A DNA stretch of 52,478 nt. It comes from an uncultured Dehalococcoidaceae bacterium (GTDB taxonomy: Bacteria > Chloroflexota > Dehalococcoidia > Dehalococcoidales > RBG-16-60-22). The notes under the pieces are model-generated. The model did not search any database. It was not told the DNA's origin and saw only the letters and a list, made by a program, of their open reading frames with translations. The position numbers and the translations under genes are program-made. The DNA is taken from contig CAZPSP010000001.1 of assembly GCA_964589285.1 (NCBI GenBank), positions 1 to 52,478 of the forward strand, given 5' to 3'. Shown here piece after piece: positions 8,660 to 17,988 of this stretch (positions are counted from its first letter, which is position 1; each line of letters begins with the position of its first letter).

Positions 8660-10144
8660 CTAGTCGTTATACCCTATCGCAATTCTGAAGGTGAACCCTC
8701 TCAGGTCCTGGGCGCCGATCTCCTCAAGCTTCGGTTCATAACCGGAGCTTTCCAGGGACTGGACATAGTCCACCACCTTGTACGGGCTGTCGGTAAAGCC
8801 GACAAGTCTCATCTCGGCGCCCTGTACATTCAGCGAGGTCAGGAATGTCTCATCCGGTAAAGCGGCCCTGACCTTATCGATGTTCGCTACATATTTTCCC
8901 TGGTCGCCGAGCAGGTCTTCGCGGGCCTCGGTAACGGTCTGGATCGCCCGCTTGGTACTTTCTATCTGTTTCAGGAGATCGGTTTGCCGGGATTCCGCTT
9001 GTTTCGCCTCAATAAGTTCATTATTCAAGCGGGCGGCTTCCGCCTGAAGGGCATCCCGCTCGATCGTGCTGTCGGAAATTGCGGAATTGACCGTCCAGCC
9101 GGCCATGGCAATGACGAAAACAGTGACCGGCACCGCCGCAAGCCAGGCCGGCACCCTGGCCGGACGGCTTCTGAACCTGCCGGAGAGAATGTCCACATCG
9201 ACGTCGTAATAGGGGATTTCATCGCGGGCAGCCTCGGACCGTTTCTTGTTGTCCTTCTTGAGCAAACCGACGTTGGTAGCGAATGCATGGGGACTGAACG
9301 CGAACGGAAAACCGACCGGAAACTCCATGACCTCGGCGGGATGTCCGGTAAGCCGGCTGACCCGGCCGATGAAACTTTCACCCTCATCCTCGTTCTTTGT
9401 TTCACCGTAGGCATGAGCCACGAGATCGCCCGTAACAATGATCGGATACCGGGAAAGGTCGATGCCTTCTTCCATGCTGTTCTGTAAAAAGGAGATGAGC
9501 TTCATGAGTTCATTGGCGAACTGGTCGATATATTCCACGGAGTTTTCTCGGTTGTAATCGATCACCGCGGAGTGCATTTCCCGGATGTACCCCTGGCTGG
9601 TAAGAACGATGTCCATGTGCTCGTCATCGAGACAGGCGATGATCGCATCCGGTACGGAAGCGACCCTGGCAACCGCCAGCGGGACCAGGTCCATCGCCCA
9701 GTCTTTAATCTCGGCTGCTTTCATGGTAGCAATCACGGAATCCACCAGTTCCCGGTCGGCCCCGAGGATAAAGTAGTCGACGCCTTCCTTCTTTTGCTCC
9801 AGGGGCGCCCACGACACGTAAAGTTCCTCGACGGAGATGGCCATTTCTCCCTGCAGTGAACGCATGATCGCTTCTTCTACATGGTCTTCCTTGAGGACCG
9901 GCAGATCGATAATGCGATACGCGTACGGCAGTCCGCTGACCGATACGGTGACCCGGTTCTTCGGCAAGTGCTGGGTCTCAAACATTTCATGGATGATGGC
10001 GCCGACTTTTTGCGGTTCAAGGATATGAGCATCCTCGACCAGGCCGGGGTCGAGGTTCTTGCTCATCCAGGACTTGATGACCGAACCGTTTCCCGCGACG
10101 AGTTTCACTTCATGCGAGGTAATATGCAGTGTTGTCTTGATCAT
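8660..10144 (-). CDS. pilM: PilM-PilN fusion protein (actin-like ATPase domain + TM + coiled-coil/PilN-like domain)
   Basis: 494 aa. The N-terminal 330 aa or so are PilM-like, followed by the TM helix WLAAVPVTVFVIAMAGWTV and a coiled coil plus a small C-terminal domain. Its position between pilO-like and pilT fits this call. Confidence 0.75.
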   Translation of the reverse strand: MIKTTLHITSHEVKLVAGNGSVIKSWMSKNLDPGLVEDAHILEPQKVGAIIHEMFETQHLPKNRVTVSVSGLPYAYRIIDLPVLKEDHVEEAIMRSLQGEMAISVEELYVSWAPLEQKKEGVDYFILGADRELVDSVIATMKAAEIKDWAMDLVPLAVARVASVPDAIIACLDDEHMDIVLTSQGYIREMHSAVIDYNRENSVEYIDQFANELMKLISFLQNSMEEGIDLSRYPIIVTGDLVAHAYGETKNEDEGESFIGRVSRLTGHPAEVMEFPVGFPFAFSPHAFATNVGLLKKDNKKRSEAARDEIPYYDVDVDILSGRFRSRPARVPAWLAAVPVTVFVIAMAGWTVNSAISDSTIERDALQAEAARLNNELIEAKQAESRQTDLLKQIESTKRAIQTVTEAREDLLGDQGKYVANIDKVRAALPDETFLTSLNVQGAEMRLVGFTDSPYKVVDYVQSLESSGYEPKLEEIGAQDLRGFTFRIAIGYND

Positions 10145-10160
10145 TATCTCATTCCCCCGG

Positions 10161-10709
10161 TTAACGTCTGTACATGGACACTATCAGAGCACCCTCGGCT
10201 TGGGACGGTTCCTCTTTATCCCCGATACCGTCACCATTGAGTTGGAGACCGGCGGTCACAACAGACCCGATATCTCCGTTTTCCAGAGTGGTAATAAAGT
10301 TCTCGATAGCGTCTATCTCCCCGGCGACCAGGACCTGGACCTGGTACTCCTCAAATCCACTGGATGTGGACGACCAGTCCGTCGTGCGGAGAGGTACAAT
10401 GGTGATGGCGTTTTCTTCAGCGATGGTCAGCATGGTATCGATGAATCCGGGGATGTAAATGTCATCCGGCAGTTCCGTGGATTCATACTCCAGTTGCGCC
10501 TGAAGTTCTTCCAATTGATATTGCAGCGTATCATCGATTTGAGGGCGGTTTTCCAGTTCTTTTTGCGTTTTTTCTATTTGAGCGGCCAGGACTTCCCGCT
10601 CATCTGCCGAGCGGGCCCGGGCAACATCGTAGATAAAGCCCGTCCCCCAGTAAATGAATGCCGCGATACAAATGACAATAACGCCGGCGATGATCAGTCT
10701 TTTTCGCAT
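10161..10709 (-). CDS. PilO-like pilus assembly protein
   Basis: 182 aa with an N-terminal TM helix (LIIAGVIVICIAAFIYW), a coiled coil and a small C-terminal domain. It lies between pilC and pilM/N. Confidence 0.6.
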   Translation of the reverse strand: MRKRLIIAGVIVICIAAFIYWGTGFIYDVARARSADEREVLAAQIEKTQKELENRPQIDDTLQYQLEELQAQLEYESTELPDDIYIPGFIDTMLTIAEENAITIVPLRTTDWSSTSSGFEEYQVQVLVAGEIDAIENFITTLENGDIGSVVTAGLQLNGDGIGDKEEPSQAEGALIVSMYRR

Positions 10710-10739
10710 CTGTTTACCTCTCCATGTACCCGTTCGCGG

Positions 10740-11954
10740 TTAGCCTATCGAACCTGCGAGGCTGTACATCGGCAATATCGTAGAAAGCGCGATGAGAGCG
10801 ATGGCTATACCGATGCCGATGGTAATGACCGGTTCAATGGTCGCGACAAAGGCCGCCCTCCGTTCCGCCAGGGTCTTTTCCTGGGCGGCAGCGATATTTT
10901 CAAACGCGAGCGCGATATCTCCGGTACGCTCACCGATCGCGATTTTTTCCACTTCCATCCGCGTGAGAACATCCGTTTGCTGAATTACCGTGGTAAGCGC
11001 TTGTCCCTGGAGCAACTGTACCCGGGCGCGCAGGAGGATGTCCCGCAGGCGCCTGTTCCCCACGGTACTGCCGGCATAAAAGAGTACCTGCGGCAGCTTG
11101 AGGCCGGACTTCAGCAGCATGGAAGACATATACGAATAGGTCAGCATGTTTGATGTCTGCACCATGCCGCGCACCACGGGGAGACGCAGTAAAAAGTAAT
11201 CCAGGCTTTTCTTCCCATTCTCCGTCCTGAGATAGAGCCACACTGCCAGGACGATCGCGGCGAGAGCGGCGAATATGCTTACCAGGTTGTTCAAGGCGAA
11301 ATCGGATATTGCCATCATGCCTGCCGTCAGCGCCGGTAATTCCGCACCGGTGGAACGGAAGACTTCAGAAAGGGACGGAATAATATAAAGGACCAGGAAC
11401 AAAGCCACGCCGAAGGCCATGGTCAGGATGACCGCCGGGTAGGAAAACACCCGCCGCAACTGCTTCCGCGTTTCTATCCTCTTGTTCATGTAATCCGCCA
11501 GGTACGTCAGGCCTTTCTCCAGGTTGCCTGATTTTTCGCTGGCGCTGATGACCTGGATGAACGTTTCCGAAAAGATACCCTGCTGGCTGATGGCATAGGA
11601 AAAGGAGTTGCCGCTATTGATGGAGTCCATGATAGCGTTGATGACGGTTTTCAGGGTCTTGTTTTTCGTAACCTCGCTGATGAAGTCCAGGGCTTTCATC
11701 AACGCGATGCCGGATTCCAGCAATTGCGCGAGCTCATAGGAAAACTCCATGATGTCTTTTTCCGTGATCTTGCGGCGCGTCAGTTCCCCGATGAGTTTCT
11801 CTACGGCCTGGGTTTCTTTAGATTTGATGGACAGGATGCGCTGGTACCCCATCCGGCGGATGGCCTGCTCCGCACTGGATTCCGAGACCGCGGAGATTTC
11901 TCCTGCCCTTATTGTTTTTTGCGGGGTATAGACCTGATACCGATATACGTTCAC
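10740..11954 (-). CDS. pilC: type IV pilus platform protein PilC (GspF family)
   Basis: 404 aa with two repeated T2SS-F-like halves and three TM segments. It lies directly downstream of pilB. Confidence 0.88.
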   Translation of the reverse strand: MNVYRYQVYTPQKTIRAGEISAVSESSAEQAIRRMGYQRILSIKSKETQAVEKLIGELTRRKITEKDIMEFSYELAQLLESGIALMKALDFISEVTKNKTLKTVINAIMDSINSGNSFSYAISQQGIFSETFIQVISASEKSGNLEKGLTYLADYMNKRIETRKQLRRVFSYPAVILTMAFGVALFLVLYIIPSLSEVFRSTGAELPALTAGMMAISDFALNNLVSIFAALAAIVLAVWLYLRTENGKKSLDYFLLRLPVVRGMVQTSNMLTYSYMSSMLLKSGLKLPQVLFYAGSTVGNRRLRDILLRARVQLLQGQALTTVIQQTDVLTRMEVEKIAIGERTGDIALAFENIAAAQEKTLAERRAAFVATIEPVITIGIGIAIALIALSTILPMYSLAGSIG

Positions 11955-11966
11955 GACCCGTCTCCG

Positions 11967-13673
11967 TTAAAAACCCACTGTATGCAGGCACCGCATGACC
12001 TCGGACACCGTCGTCTCGCCGTTCTTTACTTTCAGCAATCCGTCCTGCAAAAGAGTGTTCATTCCTTTTTTTGTCGCCATTTCCTTGATTTCGTCATAAT
12101 TACTGTGACGCCGCACTGCGTCACGGATGGTCTCGTCCATTACCATAAGCTCGAAAACGCCGGTCCGGTTAAGGTATCCCGTATGGGAACAGAACTGGCA
12201 ACCTGCACCGTGATAGAGCACCGGCGCTTTTTCACCGGTCAGTTGTTCATAGATCGTCGCTTCCTCGGAATCAGGTTCGTCTTCGGTCTTGCAGTAGACA
12301 CAGATGCGGCGCACCATACGCTGAGACAGCACTCCGATGAGCGTCGAGGAGATGAGATAAGCGTCGATGTCAAGCTCCATCAGCCGGAAGAGGGTACTGA
12401 CGGTATCATTGGCGTGAATGGAGGCCAGCAGCAAGTGCCCCGTCAACGCCGCCTGGATGGCCGTCTTGGCGGTCTCCTGGTCCCGGACCTCACCGATGAG
12501 CACGACGTCCGGGTCACTGCGGAGGATGGCGCGCAGACCGCTGGCGTAAGTAATACCGGCTTTCACGTTCACCTGGGTCTGGTTGATGTTATGGAAAGTG
12601 TATTCAATGGGGTCTTCGATAGTAATAATGTTGTTTTCGTTTTTGTCCATCTCGTTGATACAGGCATACAGTGTGGTAGTCTTGCCGGAACCCGTTGGCC
12701 CGGCCACAAGCAGCATTCCTGCGCGAGACTTGAGTATGTCTTTGACACCGGCCTCCGTTTCCGCCAGCATCCCCAGGTCGGCCAGGTTATAGAGAGAGAC
12801 GGACTTATCGAGCAGCCTCAGCGTAATCCGTTCCCCATTCGAAGTGTTCAAAGTCGCCATACGGACGTCGATCTCATGGTTGTCCACCGTCACCATGAAC
12901 TGCCCGTCCTGCGGCCGCCGCTGCTCGGCGATGTCCATGTCCGCCATAATCTTCAGCCTTGTCAGCAGGGAAGGATAAGCATTGAGCGGGATGGAGAACA
13001 TATCGATGAGCGTGCCGTCCACGCGGAAACGCACGCGTAACCGGTTGTCCTGAGGCTCGAAGTGGATATCCGAAGCCCGGTTTCTGGCTCCCTGCTGGAC
13101 AATCATCTGGATGGTCTGGGTGACCGGAGATTCATCCGAGTCTCTGACGAGGTCTTCCGGGCGCGGCTCTCTTTTCCCCGCCAGTATACCCATCTGCTGG
13201 GTGATTTCACCACCGATGTGATAGTAGAGATCGATGGCGCGCTTGACTTCCTTGGGCAAGGCGAGCTTGACGATAACCCGCTTCTGAGATATGGCCCGGA
13301 GTTCACTGAGAGCGTGAATATCGTCCGGGTAAGCCATGGCCACGGTGACGGTGCGGCTACTCGCCTCAATCGGCATGAGCGTGTACTTGCGGGCGATGGC
13401 TTCCGGGATGAGGCTCACAGCTTCAGGTTCGATAACCGCCTCTCGCAGGTCCACGAACTCGATGCTGAACCTTTCCTGCAGCACGTCAGAGAGGCTTTCC
13501 CAGGTAATCTTACCCAGTTGGACCAGGATCTCACCAAGCCTGCCGCCCTTTTCTTTCTGCACTCCCAGAGCGGCCTGGATGTCTTCTTCGGTCGCTAAAC
13601 CGCTCTCCACCATGAAGGTGCCGATCTTTCGGCTGGTTAAAGTACGGTAGATGGTCTCTGCGTATGCCGACAT
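11967..13673 (-). CDS. pilB: type IV pilus assembly ATPase PilB (GspE family)
   Basis: 568 aa with an N-terminal GspE-N-type domain, Walker A GPTGSGKTTT, the segment ITIEDPIEY, and a tetracysteine region CVYC...CQFC. An AGGAGA SD lies upstream. Confidence 0.92.
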   Translation of the reverse strand: MSAYAETIYRTLTSRKIGTFMVESGLATEEDIQAALGVQKEKGGRLGEILVQLGKITWESLSDVLQERFSIEFVDLREAVIEPEAVSLIPEAIARKYTLMPIEASSRTVTVAMAYPDDIHALSELRAISQKRVIVKLALPKEVKRAIDLYYHIGGEITQQMGILAGKREPRPEDLVRDSDESPVTQTIQMIVQQGARNRASDIHFEPQDNRLRVRFRVDGTLIDMFSIPLNAYPSLLTRLKIMADMDIAEQRRPQDGQFMVTVDNHEIDVRMATLNTSNGERITLRLLDKSVSLYNLADLGMLAETEAGVKDILKSRAGMLLVAGPTGSGKTTTLYACINEMDKNENNIITIEDPIEYTFHNINQTQVNVKAGITYASGLRAILRSDPDVVLIGEVRDQETAKTAIQAALTGHLLLASIHANDTVSTLFRLMELDIDAYLISSTLIGVLSQRMVRRICVYCKTEDEPDSEEATIYEQLTGEKAPVLYHGAGCQFCSHTGYLNRTGVFELMVMDETIRDAVRRHSNYDEIKEMATKKGMNTLLQDGLLKVKNGETTVSEVMRCLHTVGF

Positions 13674-13948
13674 GTGAGTCTCCTGGATCGCGTTCAGTCC
13701 CGGAAACCGGCGGACAAGAGATTATCCGGTCCCCCGTCGGGCATTGAGCCTCAAGCCTGTCATTCCGGCAACTTATCTCTATCTTAGTATTGGGGGTTTA
13801 TCTTTACTTCAGTGTTAGCCATCATTAGAATTGGGTGTCAGACCTCAAAACTCCCGGGCGGATTTCATACACTGTTTACATTCCGGCAGTCTCTATTCAC
13901 AAAACGTTTATCATGGACAGGCTATGCTAAATATACCAAGGTGTATCC

Positions 13949-15124
13949 ATGAGCCGTGCATTAAAAAAAAGAATTCTAGGTCTCGTTCCGGCGGTGGTGC
14001 TGATCGGCGCCATTACTTTTTTTTCGGCTGACGTTGCCTTTTCCCTCTATGAACCGGACCGCCCAGCAGCCAGTTCCCCGGAGTGCGGCATGGCTGCCAT
14101 CAGCGGAGAAGTCAGCATCATGCAGAAAGACGGGTTGACCTGGGACACGTATGACGGTACAACCGCACTGGAACCGGGGAGTCGCTTGCGGACCTCACCG
14201 GACTCACGGGCTTTCGTTTCCTTCAGCCCCGGAACCACGACGACGCTCGAACCCGGCACCGATCTTATCATCGATACCATCGCGCCCGGAAACGGCACGC
14301 TCGGCGATATTATCATTCTCAAACAGCGTTCCGGCAAGACGTGGAACCAGGTCGAACCGAGAGAAGTTCCCCAGGACTTCGTACTACGGACAACATCAGC
14401 AGAAGTGAAGGTCAAGGGGACCTCGTTCTCTGCAGAGATCGACAACCAGGGCTCCACCATCGTGGCTTCAGCCAACGGCATGGTGCAGGTCAGCGCGGAA
14501 GGTAAAACAGTAGACCTGGCGGCCGGTTATATGACGCTGGTTGAAGAAGGCAAACCGCCCGCGGAACCGTATCCCATACCCACCGCCTGTAATGAACTGG
14601 CGTTTTCTACCGGAGCTACGGTCAATACGCTGATTACCGCCCCTACCGGTACGAGCACCGGTATCACGGCGGACGGTTCTGCAGTAAACCAGATAACCGG
14701 CTCGCTCCTTTCCCCCGAAGAAGATGGGACCCGGACGGTCTACCTGCGCGAGCCCGAGCCGGGCAATTATACCATCACAATTACCGGCATCCCGGACAGT
14801 TCCTTCGACCTGCACATAGAAGGGTTTATAGACGGAGAGTCCGCCTTTGTAAAGAAACAGGAGATCACCGTGAACCCCACCGGGCAGAAGGTGCTGTATT
14901 TTTCTTACAGCGAACTGGCCGCGGGCATCCAGCCGGTTTCTACATCGGAAGCGTCTGCTGGAGATTCATATACCAAGGCAAAACAGCCCGCGGGCATCGA
15001 TACCGGTGAAGACTACAAAGCCCACTCGGACGGCCAGAGTTCGACCGTGGTCCTGAGATGGGTCGTCATTACTTTCATCATCGTTGTTGCCGGAGGACTC
15101 GTCTATTGGGTACGGCAAAATTGA
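13949..15124 (+). CDS. FecR-domain membrane protein
   Basis: N-terminal TM helix and a FecR-like beta-rich segment (RTSPDSRAFVSFSPGTTTTLEPGT...VKVKGTSFSAEID...VQVSAEGKTVDLAAGY), plus a C-terminal TM anchor. An AAGGTG SD lies upstream. Confidence 0.8.
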   Translation: MSRALKKRILGLVPAVVLIGAITFFSADVAFSLYEPDRPAASSPECGMAAISGEVSIMQKDGLTWDTYDGTTALEPGSRLRTSPDSRAFVSFSPGTTTTLEPGTDLIIDTIAPGNGTLGDIIILKQRSGKTWNQVEPREVPQDFVLRTTSAEVKVKGTSFSAEIDNQGSTIVASANGMVQVSAEGKTVDLAAGYMTLVEEGKPPAEPYPIPTACNELAFSTGATVNTLITAPTGTSTGITADGSAVNQITGSLLSPEEDGTRTVYLREPEPGNYTITITGIPDSSFDLHIEGFIDGESAFVKKQEITVNPTGQKVLYFSYSELAAGIQPVSTSEASAGDSYTKAKQPAGIDTGEDYKAHSDGQSSTVVLRWVVITFIIVVAGGLVYWVRQN

Positions 15125-15152
15125 GGATTAGCCGCCGGAGAGGCCTATCATA

Positions 15153-17675
15153 ATGCTTCAATTGACAGGCCAGGGACTGGTCCCTTTCATCTGCCTGGGC
15201 ATTAACGCCATTCTCGTGGCGTTTGTCCTGTATTCAAAACGTGTCCGGCTGAAAACCCTTTTTCTCTCTTTTATGCTGGCCGGGCTCGGTATTAACGCCG
15301 CCGGCCTGCTGGTCAATCTGCAATTTTCTTATGAGCTGCTTACCATCTGGAAATCCACTTTGCCTGTCTTTTCGGCCTGGTCGGTAGTTGCTTATACCAT
15401 TTTTATCCTGGCTTACACGGAACGCCCTACCTCCAGGCTATCGAAATACGGCTACACATGGCTCGGGCTGAACGTTCTGGCCGCCGCGACCGCGGGCATC
15501 GGACTGGGGACCGGCGCGCTGGGCAACGGCGGCATGGCAGTGGTCTGGAGCAACGTTCTCTCCTGGCTCGTCATTGCCAATGATGTTCTGCTGGTGGCGG
15601 CTTCTTTATATCTGGTAGCCGTATTGCGTCACGCCAGGCAGCCCGAGGAAAAAAACCGGGCTGCTTTCCTTGTTTGCGGGCTCGGGTGCATGGTCATTGC
15701 GGCCCTGCTGAAATACGCATTCCACGGTCATTTCGTCTTTCCGGGAGTGGGCGTACTGATCAACGCCGGCTTTATTCTTTACACGTTTATGCGCTACCGC
15801 CTGTTTAATTTCCATGCATTGATGCGGAAATCCGTGGTTTACGGCGGCATTACCGTTTCCATGACGCTGGTGTACCTGGCCCTCCTGCTGGGATTGAGCA
15901 ATTTCCTTCGTGAACTGCCCCCCAATGTGGGCGTTCCCGCCATGGTGGTGACCCTGCTGCTGCTGGGGTTCGCTTTCAACTGGTTGAAGAACATGCTGGA
16001 CCGTTTTGCCCAGCGCCTTTTTTACGGCGAGCGTTTTAAGCACCGGCAGATGCTTCTTTCCTTCGCCGGTAAACTGAATACCCTGCTTAATATCAAGGAG
16101 ATCGCCGATGCCCTGCTGATACCCCTTGCCAAAACCCTGAATGCATCCGTAGCCGGTCTCATGTTACCGGGCAACGATATGTACGCCACACGGTATGTGA
16201 CCCGTCTCCGCAAGGAGTATGAAGTAGCGCCCGCCCTCTTCACCAGAAAAAGCCCTGCCATACACTGGTGGATAAACGCCGGCGTGACGTTATCCTACAA
16301 TGAGCCGGAATACCAGCGGTTCATGGAGATGCTCCCCTCCCGGGACCGGGAATCCATCGAAGCGGCCCATGTGCGCGTTCTCGCCCCCGTTATCAGTAAA
16401 GGCCAGCTTGTGGCCATCCTGACGCTGGGAAGTAAAGACGGAAATGCCGGTTATACCCGTGATGAGATCGATCTGCTCTCGAACCTGGCCGGGGAATCAG
16501 CGGTCGCTATCGAGAACGCTCAGATATACCAGAACGCCCGGAACGAAGCTGAGAGAGACGGCCTGACCGGTCTTTATAACCACCGCACGTTCCAGGAACT
16601 TATAAACCGTGAAATTGAAGAGACGACGCTGTCCGGGGGTGATTTTTCGCTCCTCATCATCGATCTTGATTTCTTCAAGACTTATAACGATATTTACGGC
16701 CATCTCCTGGGGGATGAAATTCTCAGGGACATCAGCCGTATTATTGAAAAGTGTATCAGAAAGACCGATGCCGGAGCGCGTTACGGCGGAGATGAATTTG
16801 CCGTCATCTTGAGGGGTTCTGACTCTCACCAGGCCCGGAGCGTGGGGGAAAGGATCCGCGTCAACCTGGAATCGGCCATGAATGAAAAGGGCATCCTGTT
16901 GACGTGCAGCATCGGCATCGCGAGCTGGCGGACCGACGGAGTGATGCGGGGCACCATAATCCAGGCCGCCGATGAAGCACTGGATGCCGCCAAACAGGCG
17001 GGCCGTAACCGTGTCTGTGTCGCCGGCGAGAGTGTCAACAATGGTTCCGTGCCCGGCCCCTTGGCTTCGCCGGCGGAAAGCCAGGCAGCGGTGGAAAGCA
17101 TCGTATTCGCCCTGGCTTCCACCGTGGATGCCCGCGACCATTACACCTACGGGCATTCGAAAGCGGTCAGCCGTTATGCCACCGATCTGGCAAGAGAGAT
17201 AGGGTACGGCAAAGAAGACCTGAGACGCATCCGGTCCGCAGGGCTTCTCCATGACATCGGTAAATTAAGCCTGCCGGATAGCATCCTGAACAAACAGGGC
17301 AAACTGACCGATATCGAATGGGAGATGATAAAGAACCATCCCAAGCTGGCCCTGAACATTCTCAAATACGTCGTAGGCCTGCGGGACTGTGTGGAAGCTG
17401 TCCTCTATCATCACGAACGGTGGGACGGCACCGGTTACCCACGCGGACTGAAGGCCAAGGATATCCCCCTGGATGCGCGTATCATCGCCATTGCGGACGC
17501 TTATGACGCCATGACCTCACAGCGCAGCTACAAAACCGGCAAAATGACCGAGGAAGAAGCCATGGAAGAGATCGAGCGTTCCGCCGGGACCCAGTTCGAC
17601 CCTGAGCTCGCGGAAACGTTCGTCAGGCTGCGGCGCTCGGCATCATTCCTCGATGCCGGCAAATATACCGTTTGA
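15153..17675 (+). CDS. membrane sensor with GAF, GGDEF (diguanylate cyclase) and HD-GYP (c-di-GMP phosphodiesterase) domains
   Basis: 840 aa. About 290 aa of polytopic N-terminus, then a GAF-like region. The GGDEF motif RYGGDEFAVIL has an RxxD I-site (RKTD) 5 aa upstream. HD-GYP motifs are LLHDIGKL and HHERWDGTGYP. Confidence 0.9.
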   Translation: MLQLTGQGLVPFICLGINAILVAFVLYSKRVRLKTLFLSFMLAGLGINAAGLLVNLQFSYELLTIWKSTLPVFSAWSVVAYTIFILAYTERPTSRLSKYGYTWLGLNVLAAATAGIGLGTGALGNGGMAVVWSNVLSWLVIANDVLLVAASLYLVAVLRHARQPEEKNRAAFLVCGLGCMVIAALLKYAFHGHFVFPGVGVLINAGFILYTFMRYRLFNFHALMRKSVVYGGITVSMTLVYLALLLGLSNFLRELPPNVGVPAMVVTLLLLGFAFNWLKNMLDRFAQRLFYGERFKHRQMLLSFAGKLNTLLNIKEIADALLIPLAKTLNASVAGLMLPGNDMYATRYVTRLRKEYEVAPALFTRKSPAIHWWINAGVTLSYNEPEYQRFMEMLPSRDRESIEAAHVRVLAPVISKGQLVAILTLGSKDGNAGYTRDEIDLLSNLAGESAVAIENAQIYQNARNEAERDGLTGLYNHRTFQELINREIEETTLSGGDFSLLIIDLDFFKTYNDIYGHLLGDEILRDISRIIEKCIRKTDAGARYGGDEFAVILRGSDSHQARSVGERIRVNLESAMNEKGILLTCSIGIASWRTDGVMRGTIIQAADEALDAAKQAGRNRVCVAGESVNNGSVPGPLASPAESQAAVESIVFALASTVDARDHYTYGHSKAVSRYATDLAREIGYGKEDLRRIRSAGLLHDIGKLSLPDSILNKQGKLTDIEWEMIKNHPKLALNILKYVVGLRDCVEAVLYHHERWDGTGYPRGLKAKDIPLDARIIAIADAYDAMTSQRSYKTGKMTEEEAMEEIERSAGTQFDPELAETFVRLRRSASFLDAGKYTV

Positions 17676-17745
17676 ACGTCTGCCCGCGTGTTTACACCCA
17701 AAAGAAGTTGGGAAAAATATTTACTGAAATCCAGGTATAAACTCA

Positions 17746-17774
17746 TTGACTTTCATTCTCCGGAGGACAATAAT
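17746..17774 (+). promoter_or_regulatory. candidate sigma70-type promoter (TTGACT-17 nt-AATAAT) for the MFS gene
   Basis: -35 at 17746-17751 and -10 at 17769-17774 with a 17-nt spacer. It implies a leader of about 200 nt. Confidence 0.3.
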
Positions 17775-17988
17775 ATGTTCTGGAAATGCCGGTTACCCTC
17801 TTTAACGCCGGCATAAAGTCGACCGCGACCAGTCTTTTTGCAGGAAGGTAGTACAACCGATATGGCTCTCTTCGCCTGTCCGGGAGAGGGTTTACGCTTC
17901 CCGCCTTCCTGCTGTCTTCATTCCCCGTCAACGGTAACGACCGGTTCGTTTCTACCGCCTGTTTCCCGCCGGATGCCTGAACATCTCT

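Noticed and set aside
11724-13040. 438-aa plus-strand ORF inside pilB, and similar long antisense ORFs at 7892..8860, 10059..11153, 22822..23970, 34254..35501, 31464..32531, 36516..37460, 46958..47818 and 16497..17252
   Set aside because: Each lies opposite a confidently identified gene. They show Arg/Gly/Pro/His-rich composition and lack ribosome-binding sites. They are artefacts of stop-codon-poor antisense frames.
13674-13948. Possible c-di-GMP riboswitch in the pilB leader, considered because a GGDEF/HD-GYP gene lies next door
   Set aside because: I read the minus-strand leader and found none of the conserved GEMM-I/II sequence blocks, only a short CCGG-AAA-CCGG hairpin. No claim is made.
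17780-17988. Guanidine (ykkC / mini-ykkC), ZTP or Mn riboswitch in the MFS leader
   Set aside because: The CCGGGAGAG string and an ACGA-containing mini-hairpin looked suggestive. However, the other conserved blocks of those classes are absent and the small stems are only 4 bp. It is reported only as an unclassified structured leader.
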